This document shows, in pieces, positions 36,375 to 46,724 of a DNA stretch of 64,000 nucleotides. This DNA comes from a bacterium (lineage in GTDB: Bacteria > RBG-13-61-14 > DATKZS01), in the NCBI GenBank assembly GCA_963674965.2, contig CAXXFL010000007.1:224001-288000 (forward strand), in the 5' to 3' direction. The notes beneath the pieces are model-generated. The model saw nothing but the letters and a program-made list of their open reading frames with translations. It made no database searches and was not told the DNA's origin. Numbering within the stretch: position 1 is the stretch's first letter; each line of letters starts with the position of its first letter. The position numbers were made by a program, and so were the translations under genes.

Positions 36375-36932
36375 ATGTCTTTTTCCAGAAGAAGATTCAT
36401 AAAATCCGCCGCCATGGTCGCCGGGGCCATGGTCGGCCCATGGAGCCTGGCGGGCAGAGAGGCCAGGGCGGCCGTCGGCGCCGCGAAGACATTATCGATC
36501 CTGACTCGTTCCGAGTATAACTATATAAACGCGATGGCGCGAGAGATAATTCCCGACGAGCCCGTGCTAAACGGCCAGGTAGACGTGGCGGGCAACATCG
36601 ACCGTTTCTTCGCCATGGACAACTCGTCGCCCGACTTTCTGGTGATGCTCCGGTTTCTCCGTCTAATCAGGATGGCCGATCCCGTTCTGCCTTTGCTAAG
36701 GCGAACGTCTCCCTTCATCCATGAGGACGTCATCAGTTTCAAGCGCACCATCTGCTTTCTGGGCTACTATAGCGACGCCAACGGCGAGGCGGAGATATCG
36801 CCCGCCGAGCGCGTCGTCTGGCCCCGGATCGGCTACGGAGGGCCCAAGGACGACGACTGGTGGCCTCCGGACCAGGAGGTCCAGCTTGACCCCGACGCTC
36901 TGACCGACCGGATCAAGGAGGAAGGAGCGTGA
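36375..36932 (+). CDS. Tat-signal small subunit, gluconate 2-dehydrogenase subunit 3-like
   Basis: GGAGGA RBS; SRRRFIK twin-arginine motif; IIP; FLGYYS...WPRIGYGGP. Confidence 0.8.
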   Translation: MSFSRRRFIKSAAMVAGAMVGPWSLAGREARAAVGAAKTLSILTRSEYNYINAMAREIIPDEPVLNGQVDVAGNIDRFFAMDNSSPDFLVMLRFLRLIRMADPVLPLLRRTSPFIHEDVISFKRTICFLGYYSDANGEAEISPAERVVWPRIGYGGPKDDDWWPPDQEVQLDPDALTDRIKEEGA

Positions 36933-38602
36933 TTTACTCTTACGATGATATCAAAGCGGGCGAGGTGGTGGGGCCGGTGGACGTCTGCGTCATCGGCTCG
37001 GGCGCCGGCGGCTCGGTCATGGCTCACTATCTTTCCAAGGCCGGTCTCAAGGTCGTGGTCCTGGAGAAAGGGGCCCACTATCCCAGCGAGGAACTGGGCA
37101 AAAGGGAGGTCAGGCAACTCACCCGGATTCAGGCCATGACCATCTTCACCCCCGTCACCGGCGAACACACGCGGGTGTCCCTGATCGCGGGGGAATGCTA
37201 CGGAGGCGGCACGGTCGGCTCGGAGAGCGTCACCTGGGACTTTCCCCAAATCGTGCTGGAGGACTGGAACAAACTTGGACTTACCTCATTTTCTCCGGAC
37301 AATCCGCGGCTTGAGGAATACCGGCTCGAGCTTCGGAAGCTTCTTAACGTTCATCCCGTCGAGCCTCTCCACCATAATCCCTGCAACCAGATACTTAAAA
37401 TAGGGGCCGAGAGGGAGGGAATAAAATGGAAAAGCGTCGAGAGGCCGGTCAGCTATTGCATGCGCTGCGGCAATTGCACTCAAGGATGCCATTATGGAGT
37501 GAAGAACGACTCGGCCAACACCTTTCTGGCCTGGGCGGGGGAACGGGGAGCCGACGCCTATTGCGGGGCGTCCGTGGAAAAGATCGCGATCAATTATTAC
37601 GGTCCGGACGACCACCCCTACTCCGAAAAACTGAAGTTCCTGCAAGGAGCTTCCAGGACCGATACTCTCCGCGAGCTTGAAAACGGGAAAAAGGGATGGC
37701 CCTCGAAGTTCACGGTCACGGCCTTGGTGACGGACCGTAAAAGCCCTCCCCCTCGAAAGGGCGCGCCCGACAGCCGCTCGATTACGGTCCACTCGGACCA
37801 GGTGGCGCTGGCCGCCGGTCCGTTGGGAACGTCCCGTTTGCTATTGAAAAGCAAGATCAATCCCAACCAGGTGGTGGGGAAAAGGTTCACCACCCATCCC
37901 ACCTCGTTCAACGTCGCCCGCTTCGGCCGGAGCGCGCGGCTTAACGGTTGGGACGGGATTAACGACACCATCGAGGTCCACCATTTCTCGGACATGTACA
38001 GGAACGAGGATTATTTCAATCCCGACCGCCACGGGTTCCTGCTGGAGGGCGCCCTTTCCCTGCCCTGGGGAGTGTCCAACCTCCTGCCGGGAACGGGAAA
38101 AGAGCACGTCGCGCTTATGAGGGACATGAACCATATGGCCGGGATCGAGGTGAACGTCAAAACCGACTCCTATGGCCGGGTGACTGAAAAGGACGTCAGG
38201 TTCGACCTTTCCGAGCGAGACAATGAGGCCATGCTGTACGGAACGTGGGTCGCGGCCCGGATTTTTTTCCGGGCCGGCGCGCGGGAAATATTCACCGGGT
38301 TGCCGGGTCTGGTCCTCAGGTCGCCGGCGGACCTGGACAAGATATTCAAGTACAAGCGGGGCGGAAAAAAAGGCTTCATGCAAAAGCAGGCCAACTTGTA
38401 CTCCGGACACATCTTCGGCGGCGCGGTAATGGGAGTGGACCCAAAAACCTCATTCGCGGATGAGACCGGAGAGTGCCATCACATAAAGGGGCTTTGGGTG
38501 TCCGATGGATCGGCCTTTCCCACCAACGTGGGGGTCAATTGCTGCTTGTCCATCATGTTCGCGGCCAGGAAAATAGCGGACGATTTTATCGCGAAAACTT
38601 AA
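36929..38602 (+). CDS. GMC-family flavoprotein oxidoreductase (long-chain alcohol oxidase-like)
   Basis: IGSGAGG, LEKG, CMRCGNCTQGC, GHIFGG, DGSAFPTNVGVN; GTGA overlap. Confidence 0.9.
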   Translation: MIYSYDDIKAGEVVGPVDVCVIGSGAGGSVMAHYLSKAGLKVVVLEKGAHYPSEELGKREVRQLTRIQAMTIFTPVTGEHTRVSLIAGECYGGGTVGSESVTWDFPQIVLEDWNKLGLTSFSPDNPRLEEYRLELRKLLNVHPVEPLHHNPCNQILKIGAEREGIKWKSVERPVSYCMRCGNCTQGCHYGVKNDSANTFLAWAGERGADAYCGASVEKIAINYYGPDDHPYSEKLKFLQGASRTDTLRELENGKKGWPSKFTVTALVTDRKSPPPRKGAPDSRSITVHSDQVALAAGPLGTSRLLLKSKINPNQVVGKRFTTHPTSFNVARFGRSARLNGWDGINDTIEVHHFSDMYRNEDYFNPDRHGFLLEGALSLPWGVSNLLPGTGKEHVALMRDMNHMAGIEVNVKTDSYGRVTEKDVRFDLSERDNEAMLYGTWVAARIFFRAGAREIFTGLPGLVLRSPADLDKIFKYKRGGKKGFMQKQANLYSGHIFGGAVMGVDPKTSFADETGECHHIKGLWVSDGSAFPTNVGVNCCLSIMFAARKIADDFIAKT

Positions 38603-38627
38603 CCCGGCCGAGCCGTTTCGTGGATCG

Positions 38628-38662
38628 AAAAAAATGGGGAGCCTCGAAGACTCCCCAACAAA
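38628..38662. terminator. Probable bidirectional terminator between convergent genes
   Basis: A-run, then TGGGGAG...CTCCCCA stem, then ACAAA. Confidence 0.5.
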
Positions 38663-38679
38663 GTCAAGCTATATCTCGG

Positions 38680-39123
38680 TCATGGGTTTTTCTTTCTGCT
38701 TCCCGGAATTCGAAGATCGATATAGCCCAGGAAATGCAGGATCAGAAGCACCAGGATGGCGATGATGAGAAGGGTGAGTATAAGGCCCAGCGCGTCTCCT
38801 CCGGCGTTGATCTTGTCCGAGTGGGCGGCCAACTCGGCTATCTGCTGGTCGGAGAGCTGGTCGAGCCGGGAGGACACCTCCTCGGGCGTGAGACCATAGT
38901 CGGCCAACCTGGCGGCCACTTCCTTGCGCTCGAGCGCCGTCCGCACCGAGGCCAGGTTCGCCTGCCTGAGTTCCATGTTTTTATCAGCCTTGTCCGCCGT
39001 TACCATGCCGGCGTTGCTCACGTCGGGCAACATGCCGATGATGGCCATGGCCGCTATCACCGCAAACATTACCTTTCTCATGCGTCCACCCTTGATGGAC
39101 AATAAAGTTTTCCGCATCAACAT
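38680..39123 (-). CDS. PA2779-family-like small secreted/membrane-anchored protein
   Basis: GAGGAGG RBS; signal peptide; LADYGLTPEEVSSRLDQLSD...AGGD followed by TM helix. Confidence 0.8.
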   Translation of the reverse strand: MLMRKTLLSIKGGRMRKVMFAVIAAMAIIGMLPDVSNAGMVTADKADKNMELRQANLASVRTALERKEVAARLADYGLTPEEVSSRLDQLSDQQIAELAAHSDKINAGGDALGLILTLLIIAILVLLILHFLGYIDLRIPGSRKKNP

Positions 39124-39221
39124 ACCGTTTCCTCCTCTTGCTTCTCCCTTGGAGACTTAAATTGTTTTCCCCCACGCGCGTTCCGGAAAGCCATGCGACT
39201 TTTAACCGATTATCCAGACAT

Positions 39222-39274
39222 ATCATAATAAACCAAATGAAAATGTCAAGTCTCCATAACGCTCCATAACGCTC
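39222..39274 (-). promoter_or_regulatory. Sigma70 promoter with a 10-bp tandem direct repeat just upstream of the -35
   Basis: TTGACA-16 nt-TATGAT on the minus strand; CTCCATAACG x2 at 39252-39271. Confidence 0.6.
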
Positions 39275-39405
39275 GCGTCAAGTAAGAGGAATAGGACCTC
39301 ATCTCCCGGCTACGTGATCTAAAATACACGTCGCTCGACGCGCGGATTCTTATTTCGAGACTCTTTTAGGGGTGAAAGCGCGCGGACGGGAGCGGTGGGC
39401 CGCGT

Positions 39406-40341
39406 TCATTCCCTCTCGAACCTTACCTCGTAGCCGCGCGCTTCCGGCTCGGAGGAGTCGTCTCCGTCCCAGCGCTGCCTTACCACGCCTCTTCTCCCCT
39501 CCTGGTATCCCTGCTGGAAGAAGGAGTCGCGGTCCGGATAATAACGCCAGGCGTAGTCGTCGGCGGTATACCAGTCTTTAAGCCCCTTTATCCCGATGGA
39601 GCGGCCTAAAAATTCCTTCTCGTCAACCACGTTGTATCCCGGGGGTACCTCGAAGGTCCCCGGCCTGAAATTAGGATTGATCTTGACGTCGACAAGGTCC
39701 ATTACGCCCTTTTCTCCGTCGCCCTTGCCCAGGGTCTCGATCCTTCTTACCCGGCCGCCCTCGTCAACGTAAAGGACGTATTCGCCGGGCGGGCCCAGGC
39801 GCGTGGTGAAGGTGAGCCAGTATTTCTTCGCCTTGAACGTGTTGCCCTTCTTGTCCCTTAAAACGTCCGCGCCCAGGGAATGGAACTCGATCAATCCTTT
39901 TTTCGACTCCGTCATGGCGTCCCATATCGGGAAGATTATACGCTCGCCGTAAATCCGGGCCGGGCTCTGTCCGTCCTGATCGGCGGGGACCTCCATGGCA
40001 AGCCGGCGTCTGGCGTTGAGAAACCATACGCTATTGCCGTCGCATACCGTCCACTGCCTGACTTCCCGCCCGCCGCTCGATCCAAGATAGGCTATGTCCT
40101 TATATGAAAACTTGTCGTCCAGCCGTCTGATCTCGATCCTTTGCTTGGCCCCGAAACCCTTGCCCCTGTCCACCTCGAGAACGTAGCTGAAGCAGCGGAC
40201 GTCGGTCCGCCTGATGACCGGGGCTTGTCCCTTGCACGATGAAATCGAGATCACGACGAGCGCCGCCATTAGAATCGCGCCGACAATCCGGGAGAAGCTG
40301 AAGTTGATCGCGGACATTGAATTACCCCCGATTATTGCCAC
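39406..40341 (-). CDS. Lipoprotein, possibly LolA-like/lipoprotein-sorting fold
   Basis: Lipobox-like ISSC; TVCDGNSVWF, LYVDEGG, VKINPNFRPGTFEVPPG. Confidence 0.65.
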   Translation of the reverse strand: MAIIGGNSMSAINFSFSRIVGAILMAALVVISISSCKGQAPVIRRTDVRCFSYVLEVDRGKGFGAKQRIEIRRLDDKFSYKDIAYLGSSGGREVRQWTVCDGNSVWFLNARRRLAMEVPADQDGQSPARIYGERIIFPIWDAMTESKKGLIEFHSLGADVLRDKKGNTFKAKKYWLTFTTRLGPPGEYVLYVDEGGRVRRIETLGKGDGEKGVMDLVDVKINPNFRPGTFEVPPGYNVVDEKEFLGRSIGIKGLKDWYTADDYAWRYYPDRDSFFQQGYQEGRRGVVRQRWDGDDSSEPEARGYEVRFERE

Positions 40342-40525
40342 CTTATATCCGAGTTTATTTTCGGAGATTGAACCACATCATTAGTTTAGCAAATTTTTTC
40401 CAAGGCCCCAGCGAAATTCCGAGTTTCAAAGCGGCCCCGCTCCAGGGGAATATACCATCCGGAACAACGCGGGTCAAAGGTTTTTTTGCGTGAACCTTCA
40501 GATGATCTTTTTCTCTCGTCCGATC

Positions 40526-40554
40526 TTGATACTTGGGGAGGTTGGGCTTAGGAT
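40526..40554 (+). promoter_or_regulatory. Putative sigma70 promoter of trpG/pabA
   Basis: TTGATA-17 nt-TAGGAT; GGAGG RBS. Confidence 0.5.
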
Positions 40555-40574
40555 AGAATCCTCGGAGGTTTTAC

Positions 40575-41138
40575 ATGCTGCTCATGATCGACAACTACGA
40601 CTCCTTCACCTACAACCTGGTCCAGTACCTGGGCGAGTTGGGAGAGGAGGTCGTGACCCATCGTAACGACCGGATTACCCTCGATGAAATCGCAAAAATG
40701 AAGCCGGACCGGATTGTTGTCTCACCCGGCCCTTGCGACCCTCCCAAGGCCGGCATATCGATGGAGGCGATCAAACGCTTCGCCGGAAAAATCCCCATCC
40801 TCGGCGTCTGTCTCGGGCACCAGTCGATAGGCGCGGCCCTGGGCGGGAAAATAATCCTCGCCGACCGACTGATGCACGGCAAGACCTCCCCCATCCATCA
40901 CGACGGCAAGACCCTTTTCAATGGGCTTCCGGACCCTTTCGACGCGACCCGCTACCACTCGCTCCTGGTCTCGAGGGAAGACCTGCCCGACTGCCTCGAG
41001 GTCTCAGCCTGGACGGAGGAGGGAGAAATTATGGGTCTTCGCCACAAGGAATTTAAGGTGGAAGGCATTCAGTTCCATCCCGAGAGTATTCTCACCCTCC
41101 ACGGCAAGAAGCTACTCGGCAATTTCCTTCAAAGCTGA
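40575..41138 (+). CDS. pabA: Anthranilate/aminodeoxychorismate synthase component II (TrpG/PabA)
   Basis: [33 protein letters not shown]. Confidence 0.95.
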   Translation: MLLMIDNYDSFTYNLVQYLGELGEEVVTHRNDRITLDEIAKMKPDRIVVSPGPCDPPKAGISMEAIKRFAGKIPILGVCLGHQSIGAALGGKIILADRLMHGKTSPIHHDGKTLFNGLPDPFDATRYHSLLVSREDLPDCLEVSAWTEEGEIMGLRHKEFKVEGIQFHPESILTLHGKKLLGNFLQS

Positions 41139-41371
41139 CTGGACGTGTATTGAGGCTCAACGGAGCCTTCCCGGGCCTTTCTTACTATTTCAGGCTGATT
41201 TTCAAAAAATTTATGCCAAAGCCAAGAACCATATGACGGGCGAGTTGTCATAGGTTTATCGGGCCCGGCTGGCCTGATATTTGACAAAATCCATTTATTC
41301 TATACACTTAAGGGTAAGTCCGATATAAACGGGCATGGGGCTAAACATAACAATAAAGGATTCCCACTATT

Positions 41372-42229
41372 ATGCGTGAAGTGCAGGACCACTTGACTGA
41401 GGACTTGGAACGGGAAAAAAGAAAAGCCCCGGCCATACCCGACGCCGGCGCCATCCAGGGTAAACCCCAAACGAATTTTCCCGAGGGACGTCCAAAGGCC
41501 ATTGAAGAAAAAAAGACCGCCGCCGCTCCCGGTCTTTTCGAGACCTTGGCCATCTTTATCGGAAGCGTCTGGAGCCTGATCGGTGACTCTCCCTTTTGGC
41601 TTCGCGAGTTCATCCGCAAAAGCCTCCACATTGGGGTCGTTGTTTTAGCCCTTCCCCTCCGGTGGCTAAGTTGGCGTTATGGACTTCTTTTTTCCGGGGT
41701 GGCCCTGATCTGGAACGCTTACGGCATGCCTCGCTTTTTCCGCTTCACCTTCCGGGAGGAGGAAGAAAAGGCCGGCTACTCCCTGGGAATGCTCTCCTAC
41801 CCCGTGTCGGTTTTCGCGCTCATGTTTATATTTCCCCTTCCCATCGCGGTTTCGCAGTGGGCGACCTTAAGTTTCGGCGACGGCTTCGCCACTCTTGTGG
41901 GCAGGTTCTACGGCAGCCATAAGCTTCCATGGAACAAGGAAAAAACCGCCGAGGGATTCCTGGGCTTTTTAGTAATGGGTTCCCTGGCCTCGATGTTTTT
42001 TTTCTGGTTTACCCTGCCCAACGCCGCCGGCTCGAGTTTCCTGTGGGAGGGGGCCTGGGTGCTGGGACATATGACGGGACTCAGCCTGTACCAGATCGCC
42101 GTCGTGTGCCTGATAAGTACCGCGGCGGCCGGTTTCTTCGAGACCCTGCCCATACCCTATATAGACGACAACGTGGCCGCGCCCCTCGCGGGCGCCACGG
42201 CCAAACTTTTATTGTGTTATTTGGTTTAA
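41372..42229 (+). CDS. SEC59/VTE5-like CTP-dependent polyprenol/phytol kinase family membrane protein
   Basis: RKSLHI, FGDGFATLVG...KLPWNKEKTAEG, DDNVAAP; multiple TM segments. Confidence 0.8.
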   Translation: MREVQDHLTEDLEREKRKAPAIPDAGAIQGKPQTNFPEGRPKAIEEKKTAAAPGLFETLAIFIGSVWSLIGDSPFWLREFIRKSLHIGVVVLALPLRWLSWRYGLLFSGVALIWNAYGMPRFFRFTFREEEEKAGYSLGMLSYPVSVFALMFIFPLPIAVSQWATLSFGDGFATLVGRFYGSHKLPWNKEKTAEGFLGFLVMGSLASMFFFWFTLPNAAGSSFLWEGAWVLGHMTGLSLYQIAVVCLISTAAAGFFETLPIPYIDDNVAAPLAGATAKLLLCYLV

Positions 42230-42307
42230 CGTCGGGAGGCAAAACCCGTAGCCCTATCGTCCCATCGTCATCGGGACGGCGGTCCCTATCTTTACTTCTC
42301 GCGAGTC

Positions 42308-43540
42308 ATGGAACCAGTTGAAACCGACATACAAGACAATAACGCGAAGAGCGGCGAAAAAGCCCATCGAGCCTTGATATACGCTTTAGCGCTGTCGGTA
42401 ATCGGACTGGCGCTTTCCGCGGAGCTTTTACGCGTACATCTGACCGTGGCGGGAGACCCCGGCCACGCCTTCGCCTGCCGGGTGAACGAGGCGGTCGACT
42501 GCGGCGCCGTGGCCCAAAGCTCCCAGGCCCTTTTCCTGGGTCTTCCCGTTCCCATCTGGTGCATAGCCGCCTACGCCGCCGTATTCCTGCTCGCGGCGGC
42601 CGGTCTTTTCTGGAAAAGGATACCTCCACGTCTGGCGGGAGATTACGTCTTTCCCATCGCGCTTTGGAGCGTGGGCTACTCGGCCTACCTGGCTTTCGTC
42701 TCGGCCTTTGTAATCAAGACTTTCTGCGCATATTGCGCCGGGCTTTACGCCGCCAACCTGGGTCTTTTTTTCGCCTGCCTCGGCGCCTGCTCTCCGGTCG
42801 TGGAATGGCCTCGCCGCCGTTGGCTGGACTGGAAGTGGCTGGCCAGGGACCCGGTCCTTGTGGCGGGAGTGGTCTTTCTGGGCATTTTGGCGCTGGGAGG
42901 AACGGCTTATCTATGGGCGTGGTCCCACCGGCCCCAATCGGTGGAACTGGCCCCGGGCGTTTCCATCCAGGTGGAGGGCGACCCGGTTTACGGTCCGGAA
43001 AAGGCCCCCATTACCATCATCGAGTTCAGCGACTACCAGTGCCCCGCATGCCGCCGCATGCATCCCACCCTCAGGGAGATCGTCGACAACTACAAGGGGA
43101 AAGTGAGGCTGATTCACAAGAACTACCCCCTCGACGCCAACTGTAACCAGTCCATGAACTCCCACATGCACCCGCAAGCCTGTGACGCGGCCTACGCCTC
43201 GGAATGCGCCCTTACCATGATCGACGATTACGAGACCTATTCCGAGCTGCTATGGAGAGCGGACGACCTGAGCAAGCCGGCGCTCATCGAACTGGCGGTA
43301 AAAATGGGGGCCGACTCGAAGGCCTTCAACGAGTGCATGTTGTCGAACGAGACCAAGCTCAAGGTCTTCGAGGACGTGAAGGCGGGGGACCTTATCGAGA
43401 TCAACTCGACTCCCACCTTCGTGATTAACGGATACAAGTTCGTCGGCGTGCAACACTATAAGGTCTGCTCGGGGATGATACGCCGCCTGCTTCGCGGAGA
43501 AAAGCCCCCACCCGACTCCGGCGTCAAGCTGGAGTTCTAA
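42308..43540 (+). CDS. VKOR-DsbA (thioredoxin) fusion
   Basis: VKOR C-x7-C and CAYC; DsbA FSDYQCPAC and STPTF. Confidence 0.92.
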   Translation: MEPVETDIQDNNAKSGEKAHRALIYALALSVIGLALSAELLRVHLTVAGDPGHAFACRVNEAVDCGAVAQSSQALFLGLPVPIWCIAAYAAVFLLAAAGLFWKRIPPRLAGDYVFPIALWSVGYSAYLAFVSAFVIKTFCAYCAGLYAANLGLFFACLGACSPVVEWPRRRWLDWKWLARDPVLVAGVVFLGILALGGTAYLWAWSHRPQSVELAPGVSIQVEGDPVYGPEKAPITIIEFSDYQCPACRRMHPTLREIVDNYKGKVRLIHKNYPLDANCNQSMNSHMHPQACDAAYASECALTMIDDYETYSELLWRADDLSKPALIELAVKMGADSKAFNECMLSNETKLKVFEDVKAGDLIEINSTPTFVINGYKFVGVQHYKVCSGMIRRLLRGEKPPPDSGVKLEF

Positions 43541-43544
43541 TCGG

Positions 43545-44639
43545 CTACTCGAATATCTCGGTTACTTTCTTCCAGAAGGACTTGGCCTGGGGGTGAACGT
43601 CCTCCCCCGAAATCTCGGCGAAGCGCTCGAGAAGCTGCTTTTGCTCGTCGGTAAGCTTGGTGGGTACCTCGACCAACGCCTGCACGTAAAGGTCGCCCTT
43701 GCCCCGGCCGTCGAGGTAGGGCATGCCTTTGCCCCTCAGGCGAAAGCGTTTTCCCATCTGGGTTCCGGCGGGTATTTTCAGTTTTTCCTGTCCCTCGGGG
43801 GTGGGAACGGAAACCTCGTCGCCCAGCGCCGCCTGAGGAAAACTTAAGGGCAGCTCGACCAAGAGGTCGTTCCCATGTCTTACCAGTATTGGATGGTCCT
43901 CGACGGTCATCACCACGTGAAGGTCGCCGGGCATGCCGCCCGCCTCTCCGATTTCTCCCTCTCCCCGCAGGCGGAGCCGATGGCCGGTGTCGATGCCGGG
44001 AGGGACCTTGACCACCAGCTTGCGCTCGACCTCCTTCATGCCGCCGCCGCGGCACTGGGGGCAGGGATCGGTGATTACCCGGCCGGAGCCGCCGCAGCGA
44101 TGGCAGGAGCGGGCGATGCTGAAAAAGCCCTGCTGGTACCTGACCTGGCCTTGGCCGTTGCAGACGGGGCAGGTGGCGGGGTCGGTTCCGGGCCTCGAGC
44201 CCGATCCTCCGCAGTTGTCGCAGGTGACGTTGCGAGGAACGATTATGGTCTTTTCCGTTCCCGAGTAGGCCTCCATGAAGGTCACTCTCATGTCGTAGCG
44301 GAGGTCCACGCCCCTTCGTCTTCCGCCTCGGCGTCCGCCTCCAAAGAGGTCGCCTAAAAGGTCGCCGAAAATGTCCTCGATGTTGATCGAGCCGAAATCC
44401 TGGGCCCCGAAACCGCCGGGAGCGTTATGGCCGTAGCGGTCGTAGCGGGAGCGCTTATCCGAGTCCGATAGTATCTGGTACGCCTCGGTCGCCTCCTTGA
44501 ACTTGTCCTCAGCCCCGGGATCGTCGGGGTTGCGGTCGGGATGAAATTTCAAGGCCGCCTGGCGGTAAGCCTTTTTTATCTCCTCGGCCGAGGCCCCGCG
44601 GTTGACGCCGAGGACCTCGTAATAATCTCTTTTTGCCAA
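43545..44639 (-). CDS. dnaJ: Chaperone DnaJ
   Basis: DYYEVLG, HPD, four CxxCxGxG repeats; TTG start with AGGAG RBS. Confidence 0.97.
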   Translation of the reverse strand: MAKRDYYEVLGVNRGASAEEIKKAYRQAALKFHPDRNPDDPGAEDKFKEATEAYQILSDSDKRSRYDRYGHNAPGGFGAQDFGSINIEDIFGDLLGDLFGGGRRGGRRRGVDLRYDMRVTFMEAYSGTEKTIIVPRNVTCDNCGGSGSRPGTDPATCPVCNGQGQVRYQQGFFSIARSCHRCGGSGRVITDPCPQCRGGGMKEVERKLVVKVPPGIDTGHRLRLRGEGEIGEAGGMPGDLHVVMTVEDHPILVRHGNDLLVELPLSFPQAALGDEVSVPTPEGQEKLKIPAGTQMGKRFRLRGKGMPYLDGRGKGDLYVQALVEVPTKLTDEQKQLLERFAEISGEDVHPQAKSFWKKVTEIFE

Positions 44640-44705
44640 TTGCTCGAAGCTCCTAAACACCAATATTCAAAGCGGGCGGCTTATCCGAAAGCTTTCCCCG
44701 CCAGA

Positions 44706-44740
44706 ATTGAAATTAGGGCGGAATAGCGTCCGCCCTTTCA
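44706..44740 (-). terminator. Hairpin/terminator between dnaK and dnaJ
   Basis: AGGGCGGA-ATAGCG-TCCGCCCT stem with an AT-rich flank. Confidence 0.55.
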
Positions 44741-44782
44741 AGACCTCCGGAAAGGTCAATTATATCTAAGGATTGAAAAGCG

Positions 44783-46621
44783 TCAGCCGCTCTCCTCCTC
44801 CTCGAACCCGGCCCCCGTGGTCGAGTAAAGCGCCTCGGCCAGCTTGTGCGCCGCCTGCGAAAGTTGCTGGACGGCTTCCCTTATCTCCTCGACGTCGTCG
44901 CCCTTGACGGCCTCCTTGGCCTCGTCCACGCGCTCCTGGATCAGATTCCTGTCATCCTCCTCGAGCCTGTCGCCGAACTCGCCCAGGGAGTTCTGCGTGG
45001 TATAGATAAGACCTTCCCCCTGGTTCTTGAGCTCGACCAGTTCCTTGATCCTCTTGTCCTCCTCCTCGTGCTCCTCGGCCTCGCTGATTATGGACTCGAT
45101 CTCGTCGTCGGAAAGTCCGGAGGCCGCCGTGATCCTGATCGACTGCTCCTTGCCCGTGCCAAGGTCTCGGGCGGCGACGTGGACTATCCCGTTGGTGTCG
45201 ATCTCGAAGCTGACCTCGATTTGGGGAACGCCGCGGGGCGCGGGCGGGATGCCCACCAGCTCGAAGCGGCCCAGGGTCTTGTTGTCCTTGGACAGCTCGC
45301 GCTCGCCCTGCAGGACGTGGACGTGGACCGAGGGCTGGTTGTCCACCGCCGTCGAGAATATCATGGACTTCTTGGTGGGGACCGTCGTGTTCTTGGTGAT
45401 AATTTTGGTGAATATGCCGCCCTTGGTCTCGACGCCAAGCGAGAGGGGAGTAACGTCGAGAAGCAGGACGTCCTTGACGTCGCCCTTGATTATGGCCCCT
45501 TGTATGGCCGCCCCAATGGCCACCACCTCGTCGGGGTTGACGCCCGAGTCGGGCTCCTTGCCGAAAATCTCCCTCACCTTTTCCTGAATCCTGGGCATGC
45601 GCGTCATGCCGCCCACCAGGATGACCTGGTCGATCTGATCGGCGGAGAGCCCCGCGTCCTCTATGGCCATCTTGCATGGAGGCTCGACCCGGTCGATCAG
45701 GTCCGACACCATGGCCTCGAGCTGGGACTTGGTAATCCTTACGTTAAGGTGCTTGGGTCCCGACTCGTCGGCCGTGATGAAGGGAAGGTTGATGTCCGTC
45801 TCGAGGGAGGGGCTGAGCTCGCATTTGGCCTTTTCCGCGGCCTCCCTCAACCGCTGGAGGGCCATCTTGTCGCTGGTCAGGTCAACGCCCGTCTCTTCCT
45901 TGAAGCGATCGATGAGGTTCTCGACGATGCGCTGGTCGAAGTCCTCGCCGCCCAGATAGGTGTCGCCGTTGGTCGAGAGGACCTCGAAGATGCCCTCGCC
46001 CAGCTCGAGGATCGAGATATCGAAGGTCCCGCCGCCCAGGTCGAACACGGCGATCTTCTCCCCGCCCGAGTCCTTGTCCAGGCCATAGGCCAGGGCGGCC
46101 GCCGTGGGCTCGTTGATGATCCGGAGAACGTTAAGGCCGGCGATCTTGCCGCCGTCCTTGGTCGCCTGGCGCTGGGCGTCGTTGAAGTAGGCGGGAACGG
46201 TGACGACCGCCTCGCTCACCTCCTCGCCCAGGTAATCCTCGGCCGTCTCCTTCATCTTCTTCAGAACGATGGCGCTTATCTCCTGGGGAGAATAATCCTT
46301 GCCGTCGATCATTACCCAGGCGTCCCCGTTCTTGGCCTGGGAGATGTTGAAGGGAAGACGTTTGGCCGCGTCCTGAATCTCGGCGGAGTTGAATTTGCGC
46401 CCGATAAGCCGCTTGACGGCGAAGACCGTGTTTTCCGGGTTGGTCACGACCTGACGCTTGGCTATCTGGCCGACCAGACGCTCTCCCGACTCGGTTATGG
46501 CCACCATGCTGGGCGTGGTCCTGGCCCCCTCCGCGTTGGGGATAACGATAGGCTCCCCGCCCTCGACGACCGATACGCAGGAATTCGTCGTTCCAAGATC
46601 AATGCCGATTACTTTTTCCAT
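44783..46621 (-). CDS. dnaK: Chaperone DnaK (Hsp70), short C-terminal tail
   Basis: [43 protein letters not shown]. Confidence 0.98.
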   Translation of the reverse strand: MEKVIGIDLGTTNSCVSVVEGGEPIVIPNAEGARTTPSMVAITESGERLVGQIAKRQVVTNPENTVFAVKRLIGRKFNSAEIQDAAKRLPFNISQAKNGDAWVMIDGKDYSPQEISAIVLKKMKETAEDYLGEEVSEAVVTVPAYFNDAQRQATKDGGKIAGLNVLRIINEPTAAALAYGLDKDSGGEKIAVFDLGGGTFDISILELGEGIFEVLSTNGDTYLGGEDFDQRIVENLIDRFKEETGVDLTSDKMALQRLREAAEKAKCELSPSLETDINLPFITADESGPKHLNVRITKSQLEAMVSDLIDRVEPPCKMAIEDAGLSADQIDQVILVGGMTRMPRIQEKVREIFGKEPDSGVNPDEVVAIGAAIQGAIIKGDVKDVLLLDVTPLSLGVETKGGIFTKIITKNTTVPTKKSMIFSTAVDNQPSVHVHVLQGERELSKDNKTLGRFELVGIPPAPRGVPQIEVSFEIDTNGIVHVAARDLGTGKEQSIRITAASGLSDDEIESIISEAEEHEEEDKRIKELVELKNQGEGLIYTTQNSLGEFGDRLEEDDRNLIQERVDEAKEAVKGDDVEEIREAVQQLSQAAHKLAEALYSTTGAGFEEEESG

Positions 46622-46724
46622 TCACTCCCTCTCCTTTAGCGTTCCAGCCTCGGGGCCCAGGCCCTCTGGGCAAACGTCAGTCAGCCCCATCGTCAGCTTC
46701 CGTTCCCGACGTTTAACAAATGGA

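Noticed and set aside
44846-46639. 597-aa ORF antisense to dnaK
   Set aside because: Known recurrent antisense frame of GC-rich hsp70 genes; no independent evidence
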